A stretch of DNA of 63,396 bases, filler included, from Choristocarpus tenellus KU-1152 (GCA_964200185.2; 10 parts of 10 records of this genome joined end to end with filler, not necessarily neighbours in it), one strand, 5' to 3'. Counted from the first letter of the whole stretch, positions 37,535 to 51,762 are shown. The notes: generated from the letters alone by a model not told the origin. Numbers and translations are program-made.

Positions 37535-40500
37535 TCGCTAGAAGTGCCTGTGCAAAAGTTTTTATCATGCTGTTGAGTTCCAGTACTCTTCTGGAGTCGC
37601 CTGGCACATGTGTTGTATTATTCTTGAGATACTGCTTCAAAACTCTCACCTAACACAAAAGCTCATTATCAAAGTTGTGACCTTGTAACAAAACAATATG
37701 ATGATTTCGAGGTTGGGTGGTTTTTGTACTTGACTCTTGGTCTGTTTTGAAGATACTGCAATTCCAATTTGCTCTGAAGCACTTGAGCGAATGGTGAAAT
37801 CGCTCTATAGTTTTTGTAAATCTACAAGATTTTCCTGTTGTAACACTGTGGTCGTCAATATCTTCATTTTCATTTTTTTCAAATTTCTCACAACGATAAA
37901 AATATGTTCTGTGAAATCCCCGAATCTGTTCGACCGAGTGAATCTATTGAACAATATTTTACAGCCCTAACCCTAATGGTTGACAATGCTCTGCTCTTAG
38001 GGTATGCAAACACCTGAACGTTCTTGAGTGAGAATATTCAAATTGCTTTTGATTCAGTTCTTAACAATTGAGCAACCTAACTTGTTTTAATTGGTCAGGT
38101 TGATTAGACTAGATAGGGTTACATCAATTCGAATCAAAATTTTGAATTCCCATTTCTCCTCGGGCATGACCAGCTTCTATACGTTTTTAGAGTGAGTTGG
38201 AAACACATAAGTAGAATCTACCATATTGTGAAGGTACATTTTTTGCTGCGAAGGATAATATTTTCAGTTGGCCGATGCTCTTCTCTTCTCCATGTCCCCG
38301 TGGGTATAAGTTATTTTGATGTAGGTAGTTGCAGGACAATCCACCGAGAAAATGTCAAAAATGTGTCTAACTGTGACTATACACTGTTCACTCTGAAGAG
38401 TGGAAGAAACCTCAGGAGAAATATAAAAAAGGCACCTAACGTCACCAGTGGGTATGGGGCTAGTTGGATTGATAGAAATTCTTGGTGAGGACCCATAGCC
38501 TGAGTCCTCCTTTAATGATGACAAGAGTGTGTGCTGTGTGCATTAAGTTGTGCTGTGCCTTGCCTTGCCTTGAATCCCATTTGTACACTGCCTTGTGAGA
38601 CTGTCAAGTTAACGCACTTACCAACCCCCTTGCCCTATCCCCCCCCTCGTTGGCCACGCTCCATCTGTGCTCATAGTCCGCTGGAGCATTCCAGTGGGAG
38701 TTGGTGGGGCACGGATACTCCTGAGATGTTGGGGATGTAGGAATAGAGTGGGCGATAGGACCATTGCTTGTTGTGATGGGCGTATTTTCAACTGAGGGGA
38801 TCGGAGGTATATTTTGATGATGCGTCTTTGTGCATTTGGGTGTGGTGGAGGTCATGTGCTCATCTGCAATGAATAATGGTTACCTAATCCATGGTTAAAT
38901 ATCGAGGTTTCTTTGATATGGTATGTAAGGACCAGTGTAGATGGCACAGAGAGGGCTGTGAGGATCAAGGTAGGAGAATGAATCAATTTTGATCTGGGAT
39001 ATTTTCAGGGCTGACTCTGAGAGCTCCACACAATAAGTCAGATTCATTCTTGGCCCTTCCAGTCACGACTAGTGTTCATTCCCACTATGAATGTGCAGTC
39101 AAATGGCCTCTATTTGTAGACCGGGAGGAAGTAGATTATCATCTGGTCCATCCATGTGTTAGACTCCCTCTGAGCATGTTGTTGACCAGAGTTGTGCGCA
39201 GCCTCAATAAGCGTGTCAGGGGTGAGGAGATTGCTCTATCTTTTGTCAAAGTAGCTCTGACTTTGGGGATGAACACCACATGCCCCCTATGCTCTTCATT
39301 AGTCATTGGAGTTCTGTCAAGATATTTGTAAATTGCACCCCCTATGAAGCTTGGTGGCTACGTAAGGATGTGTGTGTGATAGAAACATTGAAGTAATCCA
39401 GAGCAAAACCGTATGTCATGCCGCTGTCCAGAATAAGGTGAAACATTTGTAGCGCACATCTAGATCCTGCTATTATATGCTGGTACGAGATAGTATTATT
39501 GTCCACAGTCCATTGAGATGGTGTGCTTTTCGATCCATTAGTCAAGGGAGATACATGCTTTCTGCAAAGGGTTGGACGCTTTTGGAGTGTCTGTTGAGGT
39601 TTTGTGAGTGAGTCAATTCGTCTGGGCAAAGAATGCTGATGTATGCATGGAAGCCCACTGTTTCAAAACATGTGAAACACTACTACCCTCAATAGTACCA
39701 CCTTTTGTCATCGTAGGGGACGTGAGGGGTGTGGGGTAGCTAAAGTAACGTCAAGTACGTCAACCACCATGCGTCGTCATAGACAGGTGTCTCCACATAC
39801 CCATTACAAGGCAGACAAGTCTGTCAAGAGTGGCCTGTACACAACCAATAGGAGACTTTGTTGGGAATTGTATCAAGTACTTCATTTTATGACGTTGAAG
39901 CTCCAGGCTTCCCTTCTACATCTTGACTAGATAACACGCGTGGTCAACCGAGAACATATTATGCGTGATTTAGACTGGAGTCTATTCACGCGATATGGGA
40001 TGCAACACATACGATGCATATATTTTGGATTATAGTATTTTGACAGGATACGGTTGTATGTTGCATTTGTTTTGCACTCGATGCCTTGCGACATAGCATA
40101 TTACACATGATTAATATATTTTTGGTCCTCATGACTGTTTCAGGCATACAGCATAGCGCTGGGTGTTACATAATCCAAGAATTTTATTGTCTAACCTCTG
40201 GTCAGAGGCACACTGAAAAGAATGGCTAATTGACTTTAACTTCTGCATTATTTCACGGTTAACAGCCGATCACCAAAATTGAGGATGGAGCATTTTATGG
40301 AGGATGAGTTTGACCCAAAATGGTGCGCGGAAAGTGCCCATATTTTTTTTTTGTAAAAATTGCTTTACTTTTGAAGGGCCCCGCTACGAATGGGAATCCA
40401 TCCTGAAGGTGGTGGTAGGACAGTGTATGGGGGGCGGCAATGATTTTGTTTGATTATCGTGTACATGATTTTGTTGAATGCTATAAGCGTGGTGGTGCAG

Positions 40501-41374
40501 TGGACGAACGGGGAATTGCCAAGGGGTAGGTGTGAAGCAGTCGCAGGACACACGCGGCAGGCAGTAGTGAGCAACATGTTGCTGCTGACAGAAAGACCAC
40601 GAGGGATAAAAAAGATCAACAACGAAAAGATCAACAACGGGCTGACTGACGATGAACCAAACAAAGGAAACACGGCAACAACTTGGTAGATCAGAAGAGT
40701 CATCAGGCGATCATGGNNNNNNNNNNNNNNNNNNNNNNNNNNNNNNNNNNNNNNNNNNNNTTAATTAATTAANNNNNNNNNNNNNNNNNNNNNNNNNNNN
40801 NNNNNNNNNNNNNNNNCGGAACAAGCATATTGACACTTCTTAACAAACACGATAGTCGAAATTTCATCAAATTTGCAACACTGGATTTTGGCCCCCAAAC
40901 GGACGTGGCTCTACCCTCTAAGGTATTTTACACTCATGTTCAATAATTGAAACTAGAAGAATTCAGTACTCCCACATGGAATGTTTTTGGGTAGGGGAGA
41001 TGCACGATGAGGAGGATTGCCTCATGCACAAAGCGCTATGACACACTGGGTGTTGATTGCAGGTACGACGTACTGCTACTTACTGCTGTTGTAGTAGTAT
41101 CGTTTTACTTCATGGATGTATTCAGGACATGTTTACAGTGTGTACTAGGTGACACATCACTGTCCGGTGTGTTGGAACGGAAAATATCTACAGGAACAAA
41201 CGTTTATATAATTGAGCACTGCAGGAAAGGGGAAAGGCCGGGTATAAACACGCTAATGACTGCGCCTATTAATTAGTCAATGGAGACTAGTTCGGTGGTT
41301 TCGCACCGCCTGTCATGATGTCTTCGTGTGTTTTTTCTGGGACTCTCTTACAAAAATAGCAAACTTTTCATCAC

Positions 41375-44300
41375 ATGGTAACAGATGAGAACCGAGTACT
41401 TATTGGACGCCCCACCAGATTTCCCGCTCTAGAAGAGTTGGATAATTCAAGTTTATGTGACTTTGAAAGTGTTAACCCTTTTCGTCCCCAGTCAAGAAAG
41501 AAAGACAGCATTTGTGTAAGATGATCAATCAATGTTCTCAGTTTCCATAAAGGTCGATTTTAGTTCGCTTATAATATCTTCATGAAGTGTCCTCCTCACC
41601 ACATTAGATGTTCCCCCACGAGGAGGAGCCAGGGCGAGGGTGTCGTTTTTGTGATCTATGCATGGCATCACCTGGCCGCAACCAGTTCGGCTTTTTAGGC
41701 TGAAAGTCGCCCTGTCGACACACCAGGAGTGGTGAATCCAGCTCACTTACTTGTTGCACAGATTTATACCCTCGATGATTGCTGTGAATTGGACCAAGGG
41801 CAAGTACTCGTTTTTGAGTCTGCCTTTACTTGTGACCACCATGTTGTGTTATTGTCTGTTTATGGTGTGACAGTGAATAGGAGCCTGAAACTGCCGGAAA
41901 TGCCTCCGTACATAATGGAAACAACATCGATAAACAAGAGAAGATATACACTCCATACAGAACCCCAGTCCTTCAAACTTCAAACTACCAAGCCATTGCA
42001 AGAGATGCGGGAGACGCAGGAGAAATCCACACGGAGATCTTGGCTTGGCCACTGGTTCGTCCGTGATGGAACACCAGCAAAGGAAGAGGGTACCAGAGTG
42101 AGTAAAAAGTGGGGTGTGTCATCAATAGCGTTGACGACCAAGCGGGCTGGGGTTGTTATTACTTTGATTGAAGCTGATGATTTCGGTTGTAACTGAATCC
42201 TCAGTCGAATCATGGACAAAGGTTTCTATCCCTTTAGCAGCGATTCGCTCTGAAATCTGTGCCGTGCCGTGCTAAAATCGAACACTGCTTAGCATTGATG
42301 CTCTACTTGATTTGAAGGTCTTTCGACTTGACTTCCTCGTGCCCTTTGGGTTTGCGACACCCTTTCCGACATCAGGAAAACCTCAAGGGAAATTCCTCTT
42401 CAGTCATTACCGTGGTCCAGTTCAGACCTGCCTGGGAGATACAGGCGTACCTGCGCTTTGCAGGGATCCCATACAGGTTGCACAACCCCTTCTGGTTCTG
42501 CTTTGATCACAATTGCCCCATGCATTTTTCTTCCAGTCTTGCTGCAAGCTTCATGTTGCAAAGAGGAAATTTCAAGCGCTCCTGTCCTTCATCGCATAGT
42601 GTGTCTTTGTACATGTGAATTGTACCATCTTTGCCTCTCTATGTTTTTTGTAGACTGTCGTGTATGTGTACATGTATATTCAAGTGGTTGCTGGCATGAC
42701 GTGCGCACTGAAAACATCACTCTTCGTTTGACCAGAGTATTTCTAGTTCACCCTGTACTATATATTCCGCATTCACGGAGAGACCTACCTGATCCCAATT
42801 TCCACATTCCTTTCCTCACCCACCCTCCATGAACTATTCACCACACTTCTCATGTGAAATTTTCCCTTGTGCTGACCGCCACCATCCCTAATCACACAAA
42901 CACACCCAGGGTGGAAAACTCAAAATTGATGGCGAGTGGATCAGCTGGAAGCTTCCCCATTTTGGTGGATGGACACTTTATGGTGCCAAGCTCTGAGATT
43001 GGTGTCCATCTGGCAAGAGAGCACAATGACATTGACAGGAATCTTACTAAGGGGGAAAAGGCGAGGACCTGCTGTTGTACTTTATTGCCCCGCTCTGCTT
43101 CCCTGCCTTGCTGTAGCTTTTTTTTCTCCCTTGCTTTGTAATGAGGTATGTTTTTTTTGTTCCAGCAGTACCTATTATTTGTCCAGCAGAAAAGCTTGAA
43201 GGACAACGCAAAGGGAGCGGTGTAGCTCTGACACTGCAGGTGCAAATGACATATGATGACCCTGAAAGAGATGCCATTGGTGGTAATCATACATCTCACG
43301 CCTTTTCTTCCTTCTGGGACCAGCATGCAGAACGCTTTTGTGGTGCACTGACGAACAACACCACCTCAACTCTCTAGACATGCTTGTGTTTTATCCAACA
43401 AATTCTTCAACAGAGTTGGAGTCGCTTTCCCAATCTTTTCGTTTGTGTTCCGATTTTTGTTCGGATCTGGAGAATTTGGAAGCATTATCCGAAATTTGAA
43501 TCATGACATCGCTTTTGACTACGCTGTTTCAAGCACATCCAACCCCCCTAATCCTTCATGATCTGTTTTGTTTTTGTACAAATAAGACCCTATACAGTGC
43601 TTCAATCCCATGCTTCAAACTGGAACAATGTCTTGAGGTGCAGTTGGACCAGATGAGAGTGGTTGATGGGGCGTGGGATTGTTGTCAAGACACGAAGGCC
43701 ACAATAGCACTTGGGTAAATTATCATTGTTGCAAGAAAATGATGGGAAAAGACTTGTATTAAGAGCCAATTTTCAACCTGTGTGTGTCGGTGAATGAGTG
43801 CGGTAGAGGGTACACCTCGAGGGAGCCTGGCATGATGCTTCTGGGGCCATTTAATGGGGGAGGCAGAGGGGTATAAGATTGAAGAGGGGCAATCGTTTCA
43901 TAGTACGGGATATGGTAAGAGTCTGTCAGAAGGTGTGGGGGTTCGGTCATATGCATGTGTGTATAGAGCAGTTCACAGGTACCGATAGAGCAGGACTTGA
44001 CTTTGTGCCCCCACACATTACCCTACGCCCGAAGTTCTCTCTATAAACACCCTTCCACTTGTATCATACCCATGGCTTTCTTTCTTGCCTGTTCCATTGA
44101 TAGATGGTCCAGTCCTGCTTTCCCCACATCCCGACAATGTCCCGTTTCAAGGACGTTGTCGCCACTGACTGAGACATGCCCGTAATAAGAATGCCACTGA
44201 CTGACTGAATGACGCTTGAGACTCTCGGGTACCTTAGGCGGAGGCTCAAGCGTTTGTGTCGTTGGTGAGGGAGGAGCTCTGCCCGTTGCTAAGAGCTCTT

Positions 44301-45954
44301 CGTTGCCGTGCTGGGGAGAAGGCAAGGATACAGACGGTGGGTGGGAGTTGATTGGTTGATTGGTTGGTTAGTTGGTGAGTTTGTGGGCGAAGAGGTTGGA
44401 GGCTGGCAATGTGGACGATTAAGCAACGCCAGCATGTGGGAACAGTTAGGGTTTCACTGTGGCCCTTGCCTGCTAGTAGTGACGTCTCCACACACGCATA
44501 TATATATATATATATATATATATAAATGAAAACTCATGGCTCTTCCAATACATGCCGCCCAAGATTTATTCCATTGGTATTTTATTTCCAGTATCACAAT
44601 ACTCTTTAGTTTGACATTTTAGGAAACATGGATGATATGGAATTGACAACATTGATGATATGGAATTGACAATATAAGGCGAAAGCTACAGGTGTTTTTT
44701 TTTTTTCTGGAGCCCGGTGTGTCCCAAGTGTGGTCCAAGAGGTCTTTGGTACTTTGGTACTTTGGTGCTTTGGTACTTTGGTACTTTGGTGCGTGTGAAG
44801 TACGGTACGAGATATCTGAGGTGCAGTAGTAATGTGAGGTCTAAGGAACTGTACCAGGGATCTGAAGTAATGTATTGGAGGTGTGAAGTATGGTACAGTT
44901 GGTCTAAAGTACGGTGCAAGTGACCTCAAGTGTGGTACGTAGTGTGTGAAGTACAGTACAAGAAATCTGAACCAAGGTACTGGAGGTGTGAATTAGTACC
45001 GTACAAGAGGTTCTGGAGTATGGTACAAGAGGTACAAAGTACGGTACAAGGAATCTGAACCAAGGTACTGGGCAGCGAATTAGTACAGTACGAGAGGTAC
45101 AAAGTATGGTACAAGGAATCTGAACCAAGGTACTGGACAGTGAATTAGTACAGTACGAGAGGTACAAAGTATGGTACAAGGAATCTGAACCAAGGTACTG
45201 GACAGTTTCCTTCAGCTTTGGCGTGAGCAGATTGTGTGTGATTGTACATAGTGGAGTTGCATGTGGTAATAGAACCTGAGGTACAGGGTGGTGCAATGGA
45301 GTGTGTAGGTATTGTTTGCGTCCTTAAAAGGTACACCATGCACTCCAGAGACAGGTCAAATTGTGTGCACAGTCAAGACAGTCCCAAGTAACATTATGTT
45401 AATAATTGTCCTATCGATGGAACCTAATATTACACACAGACACACGCTCACACTCCATGCTGTTCCCCTCCCTCCCCCACCAAATAATGCATTCCTTAAA
45501 AAAAAAAAATCGAATGTACTACACTGTATTGTTCTACTCACAATCTAAAATGTGTGTTACATATGGTGATTTTTACATATTAATGCTGGTTTTATTGTAT
45601 TTGATATTTTTTGTTTTTGTTTTGTTTTTGTTTTGTTTTTGTTTTTTGTACTCCTAAAGTTACTGCCTTGCTCACCAAACCTTTTTATTGTTTCTTTTGA
45701 CATACTGGTATATACCTTTTTTTGTATGTACATATTTGATATGTACATATTTTTTATGTACGTATTTGTGAATTGATGTTTGTATTCTTATATTTTAATT
45801 ATGCAGCCTTTCTCCTGTCGGGGATGACACTGAACAGGTTCTCAATCCCATGAGGAAGGCGTTGCCTGTGGCAATGCGACTGTGGTCTCCTTGGCTAGAG
45901 GGCAAGACAACCCGATTTGAGATCAGCGGAAGAGGCATGGCAAAGCTCTCAGAG
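41375..45954 (+). CDS. Metaxin-like (GST-fold, mitochondrial SAM-associated) protein, 3' incomplete
   Basis: Core exons ~42376-42476 (QFRPAWEIQAYLRFAGIPYR), ~42910-43060 (VENSK...GSFPILVDG...DIDRNLTKGEK), 44238-44336 (AEAQAFVSLVREELCPLL), ~45838-45954 (MRKALPVAMRLWSPW). Upstream exons (41375-41515, ~41699-42097) are less certain. Confidence 0.7.
44715..45205. repeat. Intronic GGTAC-rich compound minisatellite (~63-65 bp unit in the best-conserved part)
   Basis: Repeats of ggtacaaggaatctgaaccaaggtactgg...gaattagtacagtacgagaggtacaaagtat, degrading leftwards. Confidence 0.9.
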
Positions 45955-46088
45955 GTTAGCTTCTTATTTGTCGTTGGAGATTGCTGGAAGATGTATGGGA
46001 AACCTCTCAGAGGTTACTCTATTATTTATAGCAATAGCTAGCTGCAATGGCAAATCCTGTTGTACTATTTGCTCCTCACGTGCAAATT

Positions 46089-46490
46089 TGAGACCGTAAG
46101 TGTCCCGATTGTGAGACCGTAAGTGTCCCGATTTGCCTCCTTGTATCAGACCTATAATATCGGGATGTATGGACATGGGTCAGGGTTAGGGCTAGGGTTA
46201 GGGTAAAAAACTTTTGAGTGGATGCATTCGAAGATCGACGGATCTCTCCATGTACATGTGGAGGTGTTACTAGTGTCCAACGCCTTTCACATTGATAGAT
46301 AACCTTATCATCAATAGATAACCTTATCATCAATAGATAACCTTATCATCAATAGATAACCTTATCATCAATAGATAGTCGTATCCATCCTGCGTTCTGG
46401 CCTGCTGGTTCATCCATGTTGCTGGTTCATCCATGTTGCTGGTTCATCCATGTTGCTGGTTTATCCATGTTGCTGGTTCATCCATGTTGC
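46089..46490. repeat. Cluster of short tandem arrays: 23 bp x2 (~46089-46132), 19 bp x4+ (atagataaccttatcatca, ~46295-46377), 17 bp x5 (gctggttcatccatgtt, ~46404-46490)
   Basis: Direct reading. Confidence 0.92.
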
Positions 46491-49400
46491 AGTCTGTTGA
46501 CATCTTTCCTCAGGAGTGACTGGCACCAGTTGAAGGGAATGATCAAAGTTATGAAATGGTCGGATACCACTTCAACAATAGATCATAACATAGGTAGATG
46601 TGTGTATGTATGTACATGTATGTGTGTGCACATACATCTATAAATACAGTGAAGCTTCTTAGGACGTATAATATGTTCTGTTCTGTTCTGTTCTGTTTGG
46701 AATAGTTTTGTACGATTTTTGAAGAACAGTAGTATTTATTAATTTTTGTTCTTAACTTGAAAAAAATAATTGTTCTCAGGAGGGNNNNNNNNNNNNNNNN
46801 NNNNNNNNNNNNNNNNNNNNNNNNNNNNTTAATTAATTAANNNNNNNNNNNNNNNNNNNNNNNNNNNNNNNNNNNNNNNNNNNNCTCCTCTTCTGGTGTT
46901 CTGGATGGTTCCAGATCTGGAGTTATGCGCTCCTATGCAAGATGTTTTTGCCTTGATCTTGAGTTCAGCATCTTTCGTCCTTGGTCAAACAGAAATTCCC
47001 CGTCACTCTATTTCTGAGGTCACTGGTGTCGCCAATGTGAATCGTGTGATTCTGTGGCGGCGTGGTTCACTCAGGCAAGGGTAAGTAGAATCACCAGGCA
47101 AGACGGACCAGACGGACAGAGACAAACCGTAACCGAGAGGACGGAGTTAAAGTTGGACAAATGAAAATTGAGGAGTAATGAGCATCTTCAAAGAAGGGCT
47201 TCATGACTACAAGTCAAGACATGAGAACAAAGTGGATCTTCCATGTGTGACAGCTCTGAATGACGAGCTTTGCCAAGTCTGTGGGATTGGTCTCATGAAG
47301 AGACTCCATGGTTTCACTCTGACGGAAGGTCCGCTAGTGGAATCATGGATGCTTGACAAGGAACCTCAATCGGTACAACGGTACAACGGTATATATTTTA
47401 TGATTTGCCCTCGGACATTTTGCAGATGTGTCAGGGGGGAAACCAATGAAAACTATACATATGTCGTTGTTAGTCCTAAAGAAATAAAATATCCTAAACG
47501 TAAGAACACTGTAAAACATTTTTTTATTATTATCCCCTCTGACATTTTGCAGATGTGTCAGGGGGAAACCAATGAAAACTATATACAAAACATTGTTAGT
47601 GTGAAAACCACTAGTCCTATGGTGACCATATGCTTCGCTATGCCTAATCTTCAAGCGCTAATCCCTCTTTCAGATAATTACCGAACGCACAGGCTACATT
47701 GGAGTGTGTCTAGCTGTGTTGGAGGCCTGGCCTTGCCTTTGGGATGTCCTGGGGTCTACCCCTCCGGAGTCCACGAGCTCTTCCCGTTGTTAGCCAGATC
47801 CCCTAGTGGCTGACGGGTGGTCATCGTACATCTGCGGTGTGATGGTTATGGTCCTCTCAAAGAACTGCGACAACGATTCCTCTATATTGTCCAGGCCCGT
47901 CGGTTTGTTGTCGAGAGAGTGAGCGAGTGTGGGGTTTGTTGCATATGTGGTTCGGCAAAAGTTTTTTTGTTATGCACTATAATATAATTTCTTCAAAAAG
48001 TGCTAATATATGAAAAAAAAGATCAAACTCAAAGTATTGACCCTCTCGCACTAATGAAGAAATAGACGATGGAGAGTTATATATTTATGTATATATTATA
48101 AAGTCTATTTGTTCTAGTTCAACGCCGTCGTGGACATACATAGAAATTTCAATACATCTATGAAGAGAGCAAAATTCCCCTTATTAAATCTCTTATTTGA
48201 TTCCCGAGGAAAAGGAACACCCGAACTAGCCTGTTCAGAACCCAAATACATATATACTACTATTTTCTAGGGGTATAACATTCGGTAAAGGCGGTGGTTC
48301 TTTCGTTGATTAGGATTAAATTGATACAACCGACAAGCAAAAAGAGGTCGAACAGGTCATAATTCCTTCATCAAGGGAGACTAGGTGCGTATCCCTTCCA
48401 TGAAGATCGGGCTCGTCTGTCGCTATCCCTGTGCGCTTTACGTAAAGCTAAATACTGGGCGTGTTGGAAGGGAAAAAGATGACAGGACTTCCTCTTCGTG
48501 CAAGGTGATCAGGTGCATACGGCTCGAGGATGATCTGAACCGACCGCGACATGCCATCCTCTCTGGACCTGACTCTATGCGCAAGACATTTTCTCTCTCT
48601 CCTTCTGTTTGTTTCCCCTGTCCCATTTCCAACATGCCCACCCGATTCAGACATCGCGCGATCAATTGAGAAGTTTAGTCCAACCACCGAACGCCGCCAT
48701 GCCTCCAAAGGGAACCAGAAGGTGAGTCCCCATACAAGAAACGTTCGCCCTTTGTGCAGCCTATACGAGAGCGTTTCTGAATTACCAATATCGCAAATAC
48801 ACCATCATGATTTCGCGCCTTTGGCGGATGTTGCGGTTTTCGTCCGTTCACATGGCATGTATTAGCATGCAGCTGACATGATAGTGTACCCAAGCGGTTG
48901 TATGACCCCCTAGTCACGGCCCCTAACCCAAAACTGTCGCATAGCGTGGCGTACCAAACACACCATCCGGAATCGAGCCTTCCTCGTCTACCGTCCATTC
49001 GCGATGTGTAACGTATCCCATCAATTCCTATGTACGCATTCCTCTCGATAAAGAGTTTCAATATGTCTTGTATTCGTCTTCGGCGAAAGCACGAACATGC
49101 ATCTCCCATTAGGAATTATCTCGTTATTGCTTTCTTAATGTATAGCCCAAATTCGGGATAGGCCTAGACCGCATTGCTGTTCACCATGCTACATCGATTC
49201 ACACGAGATAGCCCATATAAACATAAACAAGACATAGACAGGGTCCTAATTACATTCCCTCATATTTCAATACAGTGCAAAGCGGTAGCGATTGAGACCC
49301 CAACGTGTTATGTACATAGGTTTTCAGGACTGAACATACCAATTTCGTCCACCACTGTTATGTTGCCACACCTCTGTGTAAATATATTTCGGAAGCTCCA

Positions 49401-49716
49401 GATGCAATTCCGAGTGAAAGCAATTTCGCGTCAAAATCGGCGTAAACCCTATGCACACCAGTCTGCCTATTCCGCCGTATAGTCCACGACTCTGTTGACA
49501 TTGGCGAATGTTTTTTCGTGTACACTAAGAGGCCCCCATGTTATGGCACTTTGAAATCCAGGGAGCAAAGGCTCACGTTAGGCCAAGATTGGCGATGCGT
49601 GCGGTATTGATGAGCTTCCAACGTATCCACCCCTCATTGCATTTTTCTCGGTTGTGAACACAACCACACTGCTCAACATACGTTTACATATTAATTTGTA
49701 TTCGGAGCTTGTATCA

Positions 49717-49898
49717 AGCAGCTGTCAGCAGTGGTAACACCAACATTTTCAAATTCGATGCCCCTGTATTTATTACCTCTACAACCGTGTACACACCAGC
49801 TGTCAGCAGTGGTGTCACCAACATTTTCACATTCGATGCCCTGTATTTATTGCCTTTACAACCGTGTACACACCAGCTGCCAATGGTGGTGTCACCAG
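49717..49898. repeat. ~78-bp tandem repeat, about 2.3 copies
   Basis: cagctgtcagcagtggt...acaaccgtgtacacac is repeated. Confidence 0.9.
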
Positions 49899-51582
49899 TC
49901 GCTTCTCCCTGATGACTACTACTACTGCTAATTTATCCCTCAAGTATTGCTTTTTTTGTCTCTGGTCTGACTGCCTGATTGTGGGCTATTCTTGAGTCTT
50001 CTTGAGGCCCTTTCTCTACTTTGTGGAGTACACTGAGGTTTGTTTTCTTTTTGTTTTCCTAGTTTTTTGTTTGGTATTCTTTCTTGTTCTTTGGTAGTGA
50101 CTGATGGGTTGAAACATTGGAGTAAACTCGTTTTCATCTTTTCCCCACTTCCAGGGTTTCTTTCTCCTTCACCTCTATTATCTTCACGATATTCATGCGA
50201 GAGAGAAGATGTTTCTCCAGTCTCGGATTTCTTTCATGTTTCTACAGGGTAGTGATGTGAAGAATCCATAAATATGATAGTGTATAATATAGAACATGTA
50301 GATTGATAATTCTAGACCTCTGCATCTGTCACACCTATTATGTAAACTTAAAAAAATATTGGTACATTACAGTACCTACCCCGATTTTGTTCACCCATTA
50401 ATTTTTTAATGACATTTTCCGACTCCAAAATGTTTCGTAGTAGGTAAAATATATACATTTGTAGAGATNNNNNNNNNNNNNNNNNNNNNNNNNNNNNNNN
50501 NNNNNNNNNNNNTTAATTAATTAANNNNNNNNNNNNNNNNNNNNNNNNNNNNNNNNNNNNNNNNNNNNCCCCCGCCCCCCCTCAGATACTTTGGGTCACT
50601 CATGATACAAAAAGAGAAAATCACCCTCTTGTAATGGGACGGTCTGTATATGCTGTGAATAAGTTCACAACGCGGTAACAGCATACGTAGTATTTTTCAT
50701 CACATCCATGCTGCAATATCTTTGGTCTGCTATATATCCTATTCCCTCTCTAATCTCATTTGATTAAACTGAGAACAGACCACGCTACAAAATCCATAAC
50801 CCTCATCTTATAATATCAATTGATGAATCATGAAACACACACAGATGAGAAGTAAAGTTAAGACACATCTATTTCACATTAATAATTCCCAACCAAATGT
50901 ACAAACACACACATGCATGCATGCATGCAAGGTGTGTGTGATCGAATTTGCATACTCAGCCTTTGTACCTGTGTATGTTGTTGAAACGATGTCACCGATA
51001 AACTGGACAATGTTATACAGAGGTGAAGGGCACATATTATTGATTGAAGCGATGAGCAATAAATGGTTGTCTGGACATCCAACACGAGATACATTCCTGC
51101 TGTTCAAGTCGCCTGTTGGAATTTTTGTGGAGATTTTGCAGGTAAGACAATGTCATGCAGGTTTTGGATATGTCCAGGAATTTTCCAACTGCCAGTTTGT
51201 GGCTCGCTGCCAGTGATACTGGTCAACTCGGCTTTTAGCTTCTATGTGCACATTGTGCAGTTAAACGACGTTAACTCAGTTTTGTATATATCCAACGATT
51301 TTTTAGCAGGTATTTTGTGTCTAAATGGTTGTTAATGTTACTGCTCCAGTCTGTTGGATTCTTTGTGTACAATGTTCTGATGAATAAACATACCCTTCTC
51401 TTAGATATATATCGAAAGAGTTTGAAACAACGTATATTCGATTTTGGATATATAAACAGAGGCGGAACGGAGGTATCGAGATTGTAATCGGACCAGGTCT
51501 TGAGCCAGCTACTTTGTATGATTTAACTGCCGTCGTTCTATGTGAATACCAGGCTCAGTGGTTTAGAATAAATTGCCGTTCT

Positions 51583-51762
51583 GACCCAAAGTATCTGGGT
51601 GGGGGGGGGAGGTCAACACCAGGGTGTCCATTTGGACCATAACTAGGAAAAGTGCACTTACATTATCCACCCAACGTATGCAACCCAACCACATAAAAAT
51701 CGCTACATGAAAAAATTGGCCCCAAATAGACACCCGCCACCCCCTCCCAGATACTTTGGGTC
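51583..51762 (+). mobile_element. Complete 180-bp MITE with 4-bp TSD (TTCT)
   Basis: TIR gacccaaagtatctggg...cccagatactttgggtc, flanked by ttct at 51579-51582 and 51763-51766. Confidence 0.92.

Noticed and set aside
44715-46490. Regular repeats as a CRISPR-like array
   Set aside because: Head-to-tail tandem units without unique spacers, in a eukaryotic intron, with no cas genes.
51020-51225. Possible degenerate Cys-rich brown-algal repeat (DIQHEIHSCCSS...FCG...VCGSLPVIL)
   Set aside because: Needs frameshifts, and the similarity is too weak to support by eye.
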